DNA from: Methylobacterium sp.
Lineage (GTDB): Bacteria > Pseudomonadota > Alphaproteobacteria > Rhizobiales > Beijerinckiaceae
Assembly (NCBI GenBank): GCA_020253445.1
Contig: JADCBP010000008.1
Span: 75,787-139,786, forward strand
Direction of reading: 5' to 3'
Length of the DNA stretch: 64,000 bases
In this document: positions 9,396 to 19,625 of the stretch, piece by piece
How positions within the stretch are numbered: position 1 is the first letter of the stretch
Layout of the letters: every line of letters starts with the position of its first letter
Program-made: the position numbers and the translations under genes
Notes under the pieces: generated by a model
The model's database searches: none
What the model was told of the DNA's origin: nothing
Seen by the model: only the letters and a program-made list of their open reading frames with translations

Positions 9396-9490
9396 GTCAT
9401 GGCCGGGTTGAGCCCGGCCATCCATGACTTCCTAGCCGCTTGGCGCGCCAGAATAAAGACATGGATGGCCGAAACAAGTCCGGCCATGCC
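9396..9490. repeat. REP-like nested palindromic intergenic element
   Basis: Left arm is tcATGGCCGGGttgagCCCGGCCATCCATGac. The right arm gaCATGGATGGCCGaaacaagtCGGCCATgcc is its imperfect inverted copy, and each arm is itself a hairpin. It resembles the widespread alphaproteobacterial element whose spurious translation reads ...MAGL..AIHVF.... Confidence 0.7.
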
Positions 9491-9501
9491 GGACCGGCGG
9501 A

Positions 9502-10389
9502 TCACTCCACGATGATCTCGAAATCGCGGTTCACGCCGCCTTCCACCTTCATCTGGCCCTTGTATTCGCGGTCATTGTGCCGCGCGGTGACGGTGTAGGC
9601 ACCCTCGGCGATATCGACATTCGGGAAGGCACCGGCGGCCTCGGCGACAATATCGCCGCCGGGGGTCTCGATGGTCCATTGCGTGCCGGCAAAAGCGGCG
9701 CCGCCCACGGCGCGCACGAGCTTGAGCGTCATGGTCGCGGCGCGATGGTTGACGGCCGCTTCCGTCACCTTGCCGGTCTCGATCTTCACATCCGAGCGCA
9801 CCACCGAATTCGTGCCGGTATAGGTCGAGACGAGGTGATAGGTGCCCTCGGGCAGGCGCAGCACCGCGCCGGGGCGCAGCACGCTGGTGACCAGCCGCCC
9901 CTCGGAATTGTTCGCGGTGGGGATGAACAGGCGAAGCGCCTGCCGCGCCGGCGGCATGGGCCGCTCCGGCCCGCCGATATGGCCCGAGACGACGAGCGCG
10001 CCCGCATTGATGGGAATGACCGCGGCGGTGCCGATCTCCGTGACCGTGACCGAGCGGATGGCGGTGGCAAGCCCATGGCTCGCATGCACGGCATATTCCC
10101 CGGGCGGAAGCGAGAAATTCGGGCGGATCTCCGCGCTCTGCTGCACGAGCTGCGCATCGGTGCCGCGCACGGAATAGACGCGCCAGATGAGTTCCTCGCG
10201 GATCTCCGGCCCGCGCTCGCCGAATGTCGCTCGCAGGGTGAGCAGGCCGTTGCGTTGGGCGAAGGCCGTCGGGACGAGGTTTGGCAGGGCAAGGCTGGCC
10301 AGGCCGAGGGCCAGCAGCGCGCGCCGGCTCGCACCGCTGCGCGAGCCGCGAGGCCTGAGGCATGATTCGCGCAACCGGGCTTGCATCAT
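9502..10389 (-). CDS. secreted hypothetical protein with three beta-sandwich-like repeats
   Basis: From ATG 10389: signal peptide RRALLALGLASLALPNLVPTAFAQ. Three modules share P-x-G-x-Y...V.V..G (LPPGEYAVHA.., LPEGTYHLVS.., IAEGAYTVTA..). Confidence 0.6.
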   Translation of the reverse strand: MMQARLRESCLRPRGSRSGASRRALLALGLASLALPNLVPTAFAQRNGLLTLRATFGERGPEIREELIWRVYSVRGTDAQLVQQSAEIRPNFSLPPGEYAVHASHGLATAIRSVTVTEIGTAAVIPINAGALVVSGHIGGPERPMPPARQALRLFIPTANNSEGRLVTSVLRPGAVLRLPEGTYHLVSTYTGTNSVVRSDVKIETGKVTEAAVNHRAATMTLKLVRAVGGAAFAGTQWTIETPGGDIVAEAAGAFPNVDIAEGAYTVTARHNDREYKGQMKVEGGVNRDFEIIVE

Positions 10390-10532
10390 CGCGCCTCTTT
10401 CGCCGAAAAGCAGTATCCACGCAACCGCATGTGACTTCACAGGGAAGGCTCGTGACGGCCAAAACTGGCACGCGCATGGCGCGGGGGTGGCGGGCTTCGG
10501 GTTTGCGCCAGGCAATGGCAGGGGAGAAGGGC

Positions 10533-11138
10533 ATGTTCTACGAACCGCGTTTGAGGAATCACGGCCTCTCGCATGATCCGCTGAAGGCCCTCGTAGCTCC
10601 CCGTCCGATCGGCTGGGTGTCCACGCGCGGGGCGGATGGCGCGATCAACCTCGCCCCCTATTCCTTCTTCAACATGGTGGGAGAGCGGCCGCCTCTGGTG
10701 ATGTTCTCCTCGGATGGCCGGAAGGATTCGCTGCAGAATGTCGAGGAGACGGGCGAATTCGTCTGCAACATCGTCACGCTGGATTTCCTGCACCCGATGA
10801 ATGCAAGCTCGGCGAATTATCCGCGCGGGGTGAACGAATTCGAGAAGGCCGGCCTCGGCATGGACGCTTCCCGGCTCGTGAAGCCGCCACGCGTGAAGGG
10901 CATCGCAGCCGCCCTTGAATGCAAGGTGACCGAGATCCTGCCGCTTTCGGGTGTGGATGCCGTGCCGGGTCCCTACACCATGGTCATCGGCGAGGTGCTC
11001 GGCGTTTTCGTCGATGAAAGGATCCTGAGGGATGGCCGGGTGGATGCCGGCAATCTCGCGCTGCTCGCGCGGCTGGGATACATGGACTACACCAGCGTGG
11101 AGCGGGTTTTCGAGCTCGCGCGGCCCGTTCTCACCTGA
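10533..11138 (+). CDS. flavin reductase family protein
   Basis: ATG 10533 follows GGGGAGAAGG. Sequence: LKALVAPRPIGWVSTRGADGAINLAPYSFFNMV...PPLVMFS...KDSLQNVEETGEFVCNIV, the flavin reductase-like domain pattern. Confidence 0.85.
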   Translation: MFYEPRLRNHGLSHDPLKALVAPRPIGWVSTRGADGAINLAPYSFFNMVGERPPLVMFSSDGRKDSLQNVEETGEFVCNIVTLDFLHPMNASSANYPRGVNEFEKAGLGMDASRLVKPPRVKGIAAALECKVTEILPLSGVDAVPGPYTMVIGEVLGVFVDERILRDGRVDAGNLALLARLGYMDYTSVERVFELARPVLT

Positions 11139-11278
11139 GAAATCGACCGGCGTCCCGTTCCGGCACAGGAGGGGGGCTGCGGGCTTAAACGGCAGTTTAC
11201 CATGATCGTCAAAAGTGGCGCCTGACGAAAAGGGTGCGCGAAAGGCCTCGCGCGTTCGATTCGGGGAGCCTTTGCATC

Positions 11279-12397
11279 ATGTTTCTCTTCACCACGCCCA
11301 CTTCCACGCCAGAACCCGGCGCCAAGACGACGGGTCATCCCATCGCGCGCGTCGTGCAGCAGGCGGCGGATTCCACCGGCACTTCCTTCGATTACCTGAT
11401 GCGCACCGCCAAGCGGGAATCGGGTTTCAACCCGGCCGCGAAGGCGCAGAGCTCGTCGGCGACCGGCCTTTTCCAGTTCATCGAGCAGACCTGGCTGGGG
11501 CTTGTGAAACGCGAGGGACCGACTCTCGGCCTCGCCAACGAGGCCGAGGCAATCCAGCAGGATCGCTGGGGCCGTTACATGGTCAACGATGCCAATACCC
11601 GCAAGCAGATCCTCGATCTGCGCAAGGACCCGGCCCTGTCCTCGACGCTCGCGGGCATTTTCACCCAGAAGAACCGCGAGACCCTGAAGGAGCATCTTTC
11701 ACGCGAGCCGAACCAGGCCGAACTCTACATGGCGCATTTCCTTGGCGCGCAGGGCGCGGCGGAGCTGATCTCCCGGGCGCAATCGACGCCGGAACAATCG
11801 GCGTCCAAGGCCTTCCCGGACGCAGCTTCCGCCAATCGCTCGATCTTCTATGATGGCAGGGGCCGGGCGCGTTCCGTGCGCGAGGTCTATGCCCGGCTCT
11901 CGTCCTTCCATGTCCCCGAGGATGCGACCGCCTTGCAGGCCGCCGCCACGGAGGCTCTGCCTGCGGCGGGGTCCGCGCCCGTGCAAACCCAACTCGTGCG
12001 CGGCGGCTCGGGTTCCATTCCGCGCCTTACGACGGTTACCGGGCAGGCGCGCGCGCACAATTCGATGCATGGCCTTTTCCGGGCCGGCGGTGAATCCGAT
12101 GGCGCGCAGAACCTGCGCAAGACCTGGCTTCACGTGGCCGAGGGCCGCCTCAACCGCGATGCGCCCTCCTTCTTCCCGCGCGCCAGCACGCCCGTCGCGC
12201 AACTCGCGGCCCTCAATGCCGAGACGGTCAAGGCCCCTGCGAACGATGTCGCCGAGGCCCCGGCCACGGTGGCTGGCGCGGATCCGCCGGGCATCGAGGC
12301 ACCGGATTTGCCGGTGCCGCCGCGCCGGGGCGAGGGGCTCGCGGCGCACCGCTTTCCACTCGATCTGACCAAGTTTAGTGCGCGCAAGACGCGGTGA
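11279..12397 (+). CDS. lytic transglycosylase (SLT-like) domain protein
   Basis: FDYLMRTAKRESGFNPAAKAQSSSATGLFQFIEQTW gives the catalytic E-S motif and a GLFQF box. The C-terminal half is long, low-complexity and Ala/Pro-rich. Confidence 0.7.
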   Translation: MFLFTTPTSTPEPGAKTTGHPIARVVQQAADSTGTSFDYLMRTAKRESGFNPAAKAQSSSATGLFQFIEQTWLGLVKREGPTLGLANEAEAIQQDRWGRYMVNDANTRKQILDLRKDPALSSTLAGIFTQKNRETLKEHLSREPNQAELYMAHFLGAQGAAELISRAQSTPEQSASKAFPDAASANRSIFYDGRGRARSVREVYARLSSFHVPEDATALQAAATEALPAAGSAPVQTQLVRGGSGSIPRLTTVTGQARAHNSMHGLFRAGGESDGAQNLRKTWLHVAEGRLNRDAPSFFPRASTPVAQLAALNAETVKAPANDVAEAPATVAGADPPGIEAPDLPVPPRRGEGLAAHRFPLDLTKFSARKTR

Positions 12398-12406
12398 GGT
12401 GAAGAC

Positions 12407-13819
12407 ATGTTGGTAACGTCATTTCTCGCCTGGATTGACCGTGCCGCCCCGAAGGAGCGGGCCGAGGCGACCGATCTGCTGGCACGGGCCTATCTCAACC
12501 GGACGCTCGGCGAGGAAACCCCGGAAGCCGCCGAGGCAGCGCTGACGCTGGTGCTGGATGATCCTGCCAAGAGCGTGCGGCGTGCTCTGGCCTGCGCTCT
12601 GGCCGACCATTGGCAGGCCCCGCGCCATATCGTTCTGGCGCTGGCTGCGGACCAGCCGGAGGTCGGAGCACCGCTTCTCGCACGGTCGCCCGTCCTGCAG
12701 GAGGCCGATCTCATTGATCTCGCGGCCCATGCCGAGCCGAAGGCGCTTCTGGCCATGGCGCTCCGCCCGATCGTGACCGAGCGCAGCGCGCATGCCATCG
12801 TGATGCGCGCCGAACGCGAATCCTGCCTGGCGCTGGTACGCAACCCGCATGCCCAGATCGGCGATGGCGACCTGCTGGCGATCGCGATGCAGTTTGGCAA
12901 GGATGGCAAGCTGCGGGATGCGCTGCTCGAACGCCACCACGTGCCTCCGGCCGTGCGCCACCAGCTCATGATCGCGCTGAACGACAGCCTGCAGTCCTTT
13001 GCGGGCGAGGGCGGTTTCCTGGCCGCTGACAAGAACCGTCGCATGGTTGAGGAGGCGCTGCTGCTGGGCACCATCTCCATCGCCACCCAGGCGCGTCATC
13101 ACCTTCCGCAATTCGTGCGATACCTGCGCGAGCAGCAGAAGCTGACGCCCGGCCTGCTGCTGCGTTCCGTGCTCGGCGGAGATATCGCGCTGCTCACCGA
13201 AGCGCTGGCCGATCTCACCGGCATGACCTCCGGCCGCGTCGCCGGGCTGATGCGCGGCCGATCCGATGCCACGCTCTTGGCCCTGTTCCGGCGGGCGGGC
13301 CTGCCATCCTTCCTCGAGCAGCCGCTGATCGCTGCCGTTCGGGCCGCGCAGGAACTCGGCGCGCCCCAAGCCGATGGCGGCCTCTCTTTGTCGGTGGTCC
13401 GGGCCGCGCAGAGTGCCTGCCTTTCGATGGAGGGTGGCGAGGAGGTGCGGTTGCTGGCGCTGCTGCGCCGCTATGAGGCCGAGGCGGCCCGAGTGCAATC
13501 CCGCCGCCTCGCGGAGGATCTGCGCGTTCAGGCGCAGAGCGATTTCCCGCAACACAGGCTTACCGGCGAACGGACGCATCAGCTTGCGGTTCTTGGTGCG
13601 GATGACGAGGTGATCGATCTCGCCGAGAAGGCTGTCAACCCTGCGGAGCCGGCCTTGGCCGCGCCGGCAAAGGACGAGATACCGGACCTCAGGACCGTGA
13701 TCAACGAATGGCAGCGCGAGCGCGATTCCCGCCTGCGTGCCGTGTTCGAGCGTCCGGCCGACCCCGCCAACGGCTCCGCACCTTTCCCCGAATGGGATAT
13801 CCGCCGCAACGTCGCCTGA
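12407..13819 (+). CDS. DUF2336 domain protein
   Basis: 470 aa of helical-repeat protein with LARSPVLQEADLIDLA and VRNPHAQIGDGDLLAIA type repeats, typical of alphaproteobacterial DUF2336. Confidence 0.55.
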   Translation: MLVTSFLAWIDRAAPKERAEATDLLARAYLNRTLGEETPEAAEAALTLVLDDPAKSVRRALACALADHWQAPRHIVLALAADQPEVGAPLLARSPVLQEADLIDLAAHAEPKALLAMALRPIVTERSAHAIVMRAERESCLALVRNPHAQIGDGDLLAIAMQFGKDGKLRDALLERHHVPPAVRHQLMIALNDSLQSFAGEGGFLAADKNRRMVEEALLLGTISIATQARHHLPQFVRYLREQQKLTPGLLLRSVLGGDIALLTEALADLTGMTSGRVAGLMRGRSDATLLALFRRAGLPSFLEQPLIAAVRAAQELGAPQADGGLSLSVVRAAQSACLSMEGGEEVRLLALLRRYEAEAARVQSRRLAEDLRVQAQSDFPQHRLTGERTHQLAVLGADDEVIDLAEKAVNPAEPALAAPAKDEIPDLRTVINEWQRERDSRLRAVFERPADPANGSAPFPEWDIRRNVA

Positions 13820-13880
13820 GCGCGTCGGACGGGAAAGCCGGGCGCGAGGCCCGGCTCCTGCGGCATTGTATCGCGGAAGC

Positions 13881-14462
13881 TCAGCGCCCGCGCGCCATTT
13901 TCTGCTCTTCGGCTATCGCATTGGCGCGGGCTTCCACCAACCGGTCGATCGTCTTCTTGAGGATGTGGATGATCTGGACCGCGACCGGATTGGCGTAATC
14001 GCGGACCTGGCTGCGATAAATCGCGCGCACCGCATCCACATGATGGGCAATGAGCTGGGTGGGCAGGTAATCCGGCTCGATCTTGTCGAGGAGCTTGGTG
14101 AGGCTTCCGGCGATTTCCGCGGCCAGCGGATAGCCGAACGCGGCCGCCTGGCCGCGAATGTCATGCGCGGCGCGGAACAGGTTCGTGATGTCGCGCTCAC
14201 CCGGACCCTTGCTGCGATAATCGTCGAAGGCCGCGACGAGGCGGTTTATCTCGTCGCCCATCCAGTTCTGGAAATCACCCGAGAGGTCCTTCATCGCGCT
14301 TTCGGCCGCGGCGATCGACAGATCATCCGCGCCGCTGGTATCGGCATTGTGCACCGCGGCCTTGGCACGCAGCGTGCCGCTGACATGGATGACGCGGGTC
14401 TCGCCGAAATCCTGCTCGAACGTGGTCGGCACGTTGCTTTCGGAAGCTTGGGAACGGGTCAT
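13881..14462 (-). CDS. Hpt (histidine phosphotransfer) domain protein
   Basis: 193 aa. LFRAAHDIRGQAAAFGYPLAAEIAGSLTKLL matches the Hpt H-x-x-(K/R)-G-x-x-x-x-x-G helix motif. Confidence 0.65.
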   Translation of the reverse strand: MTRSQASESNVPTTFEQDFGETRVIHVSGTLRAKAAVHNADTSGADDLSIAAAESAMKDLSGDFQNWMGDEINRLVAAFDDYRSKGPGERDITNLFRAAHDIRGQAAAFGYPLAAEIAGSLTKLLDKIEPDYLPTQLIAHHVDAVRAIYRSQVRDYANPVAVQIIHILKKTIDRLVEARANAIAEEQKMARGR

Positions 14463-14477
14463 GATGGTGCTGATCCT

Positions 14478-14990
14478 TCAGGCCGACGGGCTCTTGAGGA
14501 GGTTCGCCGCAGCGCTGCGCCCCTTGTAGGCCTCGGCCTTGACGAGGTGCCGGCGGTCCGGCCCGAAATAGTTTTCCGTGCGGATGAAAGGGCGCGGGTT
14601 GAGCACGACCTTCGCGATGCGCAGGTAGAGCCCCTTGGCGGAAATCGGCTTCACGAGCATCTCCGAAACGCCGGCATCGCGCGCCTCGAACACGCGGCCG
14701 CGCTCGGGATAGCCGGTGATCATGATGATCGGCACGAAGGGGTTGGGGCTCGTATCCGGCTGGCGGATCATCTTGGTGAGTTCGATTCCATCGAAGACGG
14801 GCATCGACCAATCGGTGATCACGATATCGGGGAGATAAGTGGCGAAGGCTTCAAGCCCTGCCGCGCCGTCTTCCGCCTCGGTTACTTCGCGCGTGCCGAA
14901 GCCGTGCAGAAGGGAGCGGGTGATACGGCGCATGAAGCCGTTATCGTCGATGACGAGGAAGCGAAGCCGGCTGCAATCGACGCGGAACAT
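14478..14990 (-). CDS. single-domain CheY-like response regulator with Arg-containing C-terminal extension
   Basis: From ATG 14990. Receiver residues are present (VIDDN, ITDWSMP, IMITG, LVKP). The roughly 45-aa tail contains RPFIRTENYFGPDRRH. Confidence 0.85.
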   Translation of the reverse strand: MFRVDCSRLRFLVIDDNGFMRRITRSLLHGFGTREVTEAEDGAAGLEAFATYLPDIVITDWSMPVFDGIELTKMIRQPDTSPNPFVPIIMITGYPERGRVFEARDAGVSEMLVKPISAKGLYLRIAKVVLNPRPFIRTENYFGPDRRHLVKAEAYKGRSAAANLLKSPSA

Positions 14991-15164
14991 GGCGGTACCG
15001 GTCGCGTCACGGGTTTCTCCCGGCGGGCATGGCCTGTGACGCGGAACTGCGGCCAACACCCGGCAATCGCTTCTGCGATCGTGGGGCGAGACTAAACGGG
15101 TTTCGTTAACACGAGTTGAAAATGCGCGATTCGATGAACCGGCCGGCGCAACCCGGCGATGCGA

Positions 15165-15995
15165 TCAGGCGTCGAACTGCTCGCGCAGGATGCGCTCGTC
15201 AAGGCCGTGCCCGGGGTCGTGCAGCATCACCAGCGTGACCGAGTGATCCATCTCGATCTCGATATTGCGCGCATCGCGGATCTCGACATGGTCTGCGACG
15301 GCCGAAACGGGACGCTTTTCCGGTTCCAGCACGCGGATGCGCACGCGCACGCGATCCGGAAGCAATGCGCCGCGCCAGCGCCGGGGCCGGAAGGCGGAGA
15401 TCGGCGTCAGCGCCATCAGCGGGGCAGAGAGAGGCAGGATCGGGCCATTGGCTGACAGGTTGTAGGCGGTCGAACCCGTGGGGGTCGCGAGCAGCAGGCC
15501 ATCCGCGATCAATTCGGGCAGGCGCACGGTGCCATCGACCGTGATCTCGAGCTTGGCGGCCTGATGGGTCTGCCGCAGCAGCGAGACCTCATTGAAAGCG
15601 CGCGCGCGCGTCTGCGCGCCCTGCCCATCGCTCGCCACCATGTTGAGCGGATGCACGATCGAGCGCGTGGCCATGCGAATACGCTCGATCAGGTCATCTT
15701 CCCGGAACTCGTTCATCAGGAAGCCGACCGAACCGCGATTCATGCCGTAGATCGGCTTTCCGGTGCCAAGGAAGCGGTGGAGCGTCTGCAGCATCATGCC
15801 ATCGCCCCCGAGCGCCACGATCACATCGGCATCTTCCGGCTGACATTCGCCATAGAATCGGCGCAACCGCTGCAATGCGAGTTCCGCATCCGGCGCGCTG
15901 GAGGCGACAAAGGCGAGGGCCGGCCTTGCCTTTCGCCACGGCTCTTGCGTGCTGGGGGAGGGGATGGGCTGCTGCAAGGCTGTCTCGCTCCGCAA
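15165..15995 (-). CDS. nadK: NAD kinase
   Basis: [30 protein letters not shown] and [23 protein letters not shown] motifs. Confidence 0.9.
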   Translation of the reverse strand: MRSETALQQPIPSPSTQEPWRKARPALAFVASSAPDAELALQRLRRFYGECQPEDADVIVALGGDGMMLQTLHRFLGTGKPIYGMNRGSVGFLMNEFREDDLIERIRMATRSIVHPLNMVASDGQGAQTRARAFNEVSLLRQTHQAAKLEITVDGTVRLPELIADGLLLATPTGSTAYNLSANGPILPLSAPLMALTPISAFRPRRWRGALLPDRVRVRIRVLEPEKRPVSAVADHVEIRDARNIEIEMDHSVTLVMLHDPGHGLDERILREQFDA

Positions 15996-16189
15996 GGAGG
16001 GGGATTGGGGCGTCTTCGGCCGTCTGGTCGCCCGCCGGCGTCACGGAACTGTGAAACGCGGATGGCACCCTTTGCAAGAGCTTCCGGCGCAATCGCCCTT
16101 GCCTCACCCCGGTCGCGGGCTTGATCGAGCCCCGGAAAGGCGACGGCGCCCGCGAGCGGCGCCATCCGTTTCTATTGCGCGGATTGCGC

Positions 16190-17182
16190 TCAGAGCACGC
16201 TCGACCACGGCGCCGGCACCAGCCGGTAGCCCGCGCCTTCCCGGGCGATGAAGCCGGTCGAGGGGAAGTTGCCATGGTAGAAGGAAACCTGGATCCTGTC
16301 GGTCGCCGCCATGTCGAGAATGCGCTTGCGGGTGGCAACCGCCTTTTCCGCATCCATGTCGAACATCACGCGCCATTCCGGGTTCCGCGCGAAAAGCAGC
16401 GGCGTGTTTGTGATGTCGGCGACATAGATCAGGGTCTTGCCGCCCGAGGAGATCGCGAAGGCGGTGTGGCCCGGCGTGTGGCCCGAAGCCTCGACGGCGG
16501 TGATGCCGGTGACGACTTCCTGGCCCCATGCGAAGCGCTTCACGTCCTTGGCATTCGGCTTCAGCACGCGATGCACGCCCGCGAAGGCCCCCTTCATCGC
16601 ATCGGGCGCTGCGGCCATGCGGGCATCGTCCATCCAGAAGACCCACTCGCTCTCCGGCGCCATGATCTCGGCATTCGGATAGACAAGCTTGCCATCCTTC
16701 GCGCGCGCGCCTTGCAGGTGGTCGCCATGAAAATGGCTGAGCAGCACGACATCGATCTGCGACGGCTCGATGCCCAGCGACTTCAACTGCGCCACGGTGC
16801 GGCCATTCGTGGGGCCGCCATTATCCGCAAAGCCCGTATCGATCAGCACGAGTTTCGAGCCGTTATTCACGAGCAGGGTGGTGAAGGAAATGTTCAGCGT
16901 GTCAGTGGGAAGGAAGTTCTCCGCCAGCACGGCCTGAACATCCTTGAGTTCGGCGTTGCGCACGAAGCTCGCATCGAGCGGGCGCGTGGCGATGCCGTCA
17001 TGCAGCGCCGTCACCTCGATGGCGCCGACCTTGAAGCGGAACGCGGCGGCGCTCGGGTTGCCGGCGAGCGGGGCGGCCGCCTGCGCCGTTCCAAGACCAC
17101 CGGGAAGGGACCCGGCGCCGCCCATCCATGCCGCACCGAAGCCGGCCCCCGCGGCGAGAATTTGCCTGCGCTGCAAAGACAT
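16190..17182 (-). CDS. Tat-exported MBL-fold metallo-hydrolase
   Basis: From ATG 17182: MSLQRRQILAAGAGFGAAW (twin-Arg signal). It has the HFHGDH zinc motif plus GHTPGHTAF. Confidence 0.85.
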   Translation of the reverse strand: MSLQRRQILAAGAGFGAAWMGGAGSLPGGLGTAQAAAPLAGNPSAAAFRFKVGAIEVTALHDGIATRPLDASFVRNAELKDVQAVLAENFLPTDTLNISFTTLLVNNGSKLVLIDTGFADNGGPTNGRTVAQLKSLGIEPSQIDVVLLSHFHGDHLQGARAKDGKLVYPNAEIMAPESEWVFWMDDARMAAAPDAMKGAFAGVHRVLKPNAKDVKRFAWGQEVVTGITAVEASGHTPGHTAFAISSGGKTLIYVADITNTPLLFARNPEWRVMFDMDAEKAVATRKRILDMAATDRIQVSFYHGNFPSTGFIAREGAGYRLVPAPWSSVL

Positions 17183-17470
17183 TCCGTTTCTCCCTTTTGG
17201 CGTCCTGCGCATCATGGCGCGTCGCTTGTCTGATCCTCGATACATCGTGCACCAGCGCATCATCGCCAGCGCCGGGAGACCCATTCCATCTTGCGGTTTT
17301 TCATGATCACATCGGCGTGAACGCGATCAATCCACGTTTCCGGCAGAGGCAGTTTGCCCTCACTTTGCTCGTTGGCAAGGAAAATGCGCGGCGCTTCACC
17401 ATTCCTCAAGGTTTGGGTGCAAGTTTCGGACACATTAACCATGCCATATCCCAGCCGGACGAGAATCGTC

Positions 17471-19483
17471 ATGAAGTTTCCACTTCCCCGCTTTTCCATG
17501 CAGGGCTTGTCCTTCCGCCGCATTTTTTCTTCGGTCAGGTGGAAAATCGCCGTCATCGCGATCGGTCCGGTCGTGGGCGTCTCCCTGACGATCGGCCTCG
17601 GCCGATATGCGGAGCACCAGCGCCGCGATGCGGAGCAGGCCTTCACGCGGGCGCAAGCTGAACTGCAGGAGGTGGAGAGCCTTGTCGGGGGCCTGAGCAT
17701 CCTGCAGAGTCAGGCTTCGAGCTTCCTCGATGATCGCTCCGAGCGCGTCCAGGGCGAAATCCTCTACGGCCTGAATGTCTCGCGCGAGATCATCACCAGG
17801 ATGAAGAACAGCTCGGATGAGCGCATGCGCGAGGCGGCGACCGCCGCCGAAGCCCGCCACGCCATGCTGAGCCGCTCCTTGAACGCGCTGCGCGATGCCG
17901 TGATCAAGGTCGGCCGCTCCGCGACCGATGGCCTGACGGAAGATCTCGACCGCACCACGGAAATCCTCGGTGTCGTGTTCCAGGGCTCGAAGGCGAATGA
18001 CGAGCGTTTCAACATGGCCGCGCAGGCCTTTTCCGAGCTGGTGGGCGTGGAAATGCGCTATCGTTGGAAACGCGACGAAACGCTGGCCCCTCGCCTTGAT
18101 TTCCTGCGTTCGAGCCTTGTGGGCCTGCTGGAGCGTTCCGAATGGGACAGGAAGCAGGCCGAGATGCTCATCGAGAACCTGAGGCAGCAGGGCGAGACCT
18201 TCGCAGCCTGGCGTGACGCCGTCGCGGCAGAGCGCGCCGCGCGCGACGAGGCCGTGACCCATGCCCGCCGCATGCTGGCGGCCACCGCCGCCTTGCGTGA
18301 GCACGCCGATTCCCGCATGGTCGATGCGCGCACCCGCAGCTCCGACGCGATCCGCTTGGCCGAACAGTTCGCCTGGGGTTCGGCCGTGCTGGCCGCGTTG
18401 ATCTGCATCGCCCTCGTGCTGCTGGTCGGTCGCTCGCTCAGCAATGCGCTGTCTCATCTCGCCGAAGTAATGCGCAAGGTGGCCGATGGCGATACCGGCG
18501 TTGCGATTCCCTTCGAGAAGCGCTCCGACGAGATTGGCGGCATGGCCCGTGCGCTCATGGTGTTCCGCGAATCGATCATCGAGCGCGAGCGCCTCGCGGC
18601 CGCCGCCGAGCAGGAAGCGCGCGACCGCCTGCGCCGTGCCGAGAAGGTGGAGCAGTCCGTCACCGCCTTTGGCAATGCGATGGACCGCGCGCTCAAGACC
18701 CTCCACGGGGCGTCTGACGCCATGCGCCATGCCTCGAAGGCCCTGGAAGCCGATTCGCACGCGCTGACCGCGCAGACGCAGGTGGCCGAGAAGGCCACGG
18801 GCTCGGCCTCCCGCGAGGTCTCGTCGGTAGCCGTTGCGACCGAGCAGCTCTCGAAATCGGTGGATGATGTGTCCCGCCAGGCCTTGCGCTCGACGGAAGT
18901 GGCGAACCGCGCGGTCCAGCAATCCCAGCACGCGACCACGATGATGACCGAGCTCGCCCGCGAGGCCGAGCGCATCGGCGACGTGGTCGAGCTCATCCGC
19001 TCCATCGCCGGCCAGACCAACCTGCTGGCGCTCAACGCCACGATCGAGGCGGCGCGCGCGGGCGAGGCGGGCCGCGGTTTCGCGGTGGTCGCATCGGAGG
19101 TGAAATCGCTTGCTGGCCAGACTGCGAAAGCGACCGAGGAGATCGTCAACAAGATTACCTCGATCCAGTCGGCCTCGTCGGATGTCTCGAACGCCATCGG
19201 TCTCATCGGGGGCATTCTCTCGGAGATGTCCTCCATCGCGGCCTCGGTGGCGGCGGCGGTGGAAGAGCAGTCGAGCGCGCTCGGCACGATCTCCGGCAAC
19301 GTCAACGAGGCGGCCCGCTCCTCGACGGAAGGCGTGACCGCGATCAAGGACGCGGAGAGCCGCGCGGTCTCCTCGCGCGCGACAGCCGGAGACGTGGCCC
19401 GGGCCGCAACGAACATCTCGGAGGAGGCGGATGCGCTGGAGGGCGTGGTCTCGACCTTCCTCGATGAAGTGCGGGCGGCATAA
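17471..19483 (+). CDS. methyl-accepting chemotaxis protein
   Basis: It has an N-terminal TM segment, a HAMP region ([22 protein letters not shown]) and the highly conserved signalling hairpin [37 protein letters not shown]. The start could be 17471 or 17498. Confidence 0.9.
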   Translation: MKFPLPRFSMQGLSFRRIFSSVRWKIAVIAIGPVVGVSLTIGLGRYAEHQRRDAEQAFTRAQAELQEVESLVGGLSILQSQASSFLDDRSERVQGEILYGLNVSREIITRMKNSSDERMREAATAAEARHAMLSRSLNALRDAVIKVGRSATDGLTEDLDRTTEILGVVFQGSKANDERFNMAAQAFSELVGVEMRYRWKRDETLAPRLDFLRSSLVGLLERSEWDRKQAEMLIENLRQQGETFAAWRDAVAAERAARDEAVTHARRMLAATAALREHADSRMVDARTRSSDAIRLAEQFAWGSAVLAALICIALVLLVGRSLSNALSHLAEVMRKVADGDTGVAIPFEKRSDEIGGMARALMVFRESIIERERLAAAAEQEARDRLRRAEKVEQSVTAFGNAMDRALKTLHGASDAMRHASKALEADSHALTAQTQVAEKATGSASREVSSVAVATEQLSKSVDDVSRQALRSTEVANRAVQQSQHATTMMTELAREAERIGDVVELIRSIAGQTNLLALNATIEAARAGEAGRGFAVVASEVKSLAGQTAKATEEIVNKITSIQSASSDVSNAIGLIGGILSEMSSIAASVAAAVEEQSSALGTISGNVNEAARSSTEGVTAIKDAESRAVSSRATAGDVARAATNISEEADALEGVVSTFLDEVRAA

Positions 19484-19503
19484 CGGCCCGCATTCTCGGT
19501 GGC

Positions 19504-19537
19504 AAAAGCGCGCGGGTTCTGGGTCCCGCGCGTTTTT
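19504..19537. terminator. bidirectional intrinsic terminator between convergent genes
   Basis: aaaaG-CGCGCGGG-ttctgggt-CCCGCGCG-ttttt: a perfect 8-bp GC stem flanked by an A-run and a T-run. It lies between the MCP stop (19483) and the minus-strand stop at 19626. Confidence 0.8.
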
Positions 19538-19625
19538 CGTTTCAGCCGTTGGTTCTTCACGTTTTTACGACGAGAACGGGTATCCGCTTCGTTTGAAACT
19601 GTTCCAGCCTGGAAACCGCTGCGCT

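Noticed and set aside
17260-17442. A possible 60-aa minus-strand ORF ([60 protein letters not shown]) between the MBL gene and the MCP.
   Set aside because: By my hand count, third-position G+C is about 63%, which looks lower than I would expect for coding DNA in a region this G+C-rich. There is no convincing SD and I recognise no family. It is more likely promoter or leader DNA, though a small protein or gene remnant cannot be excluded.
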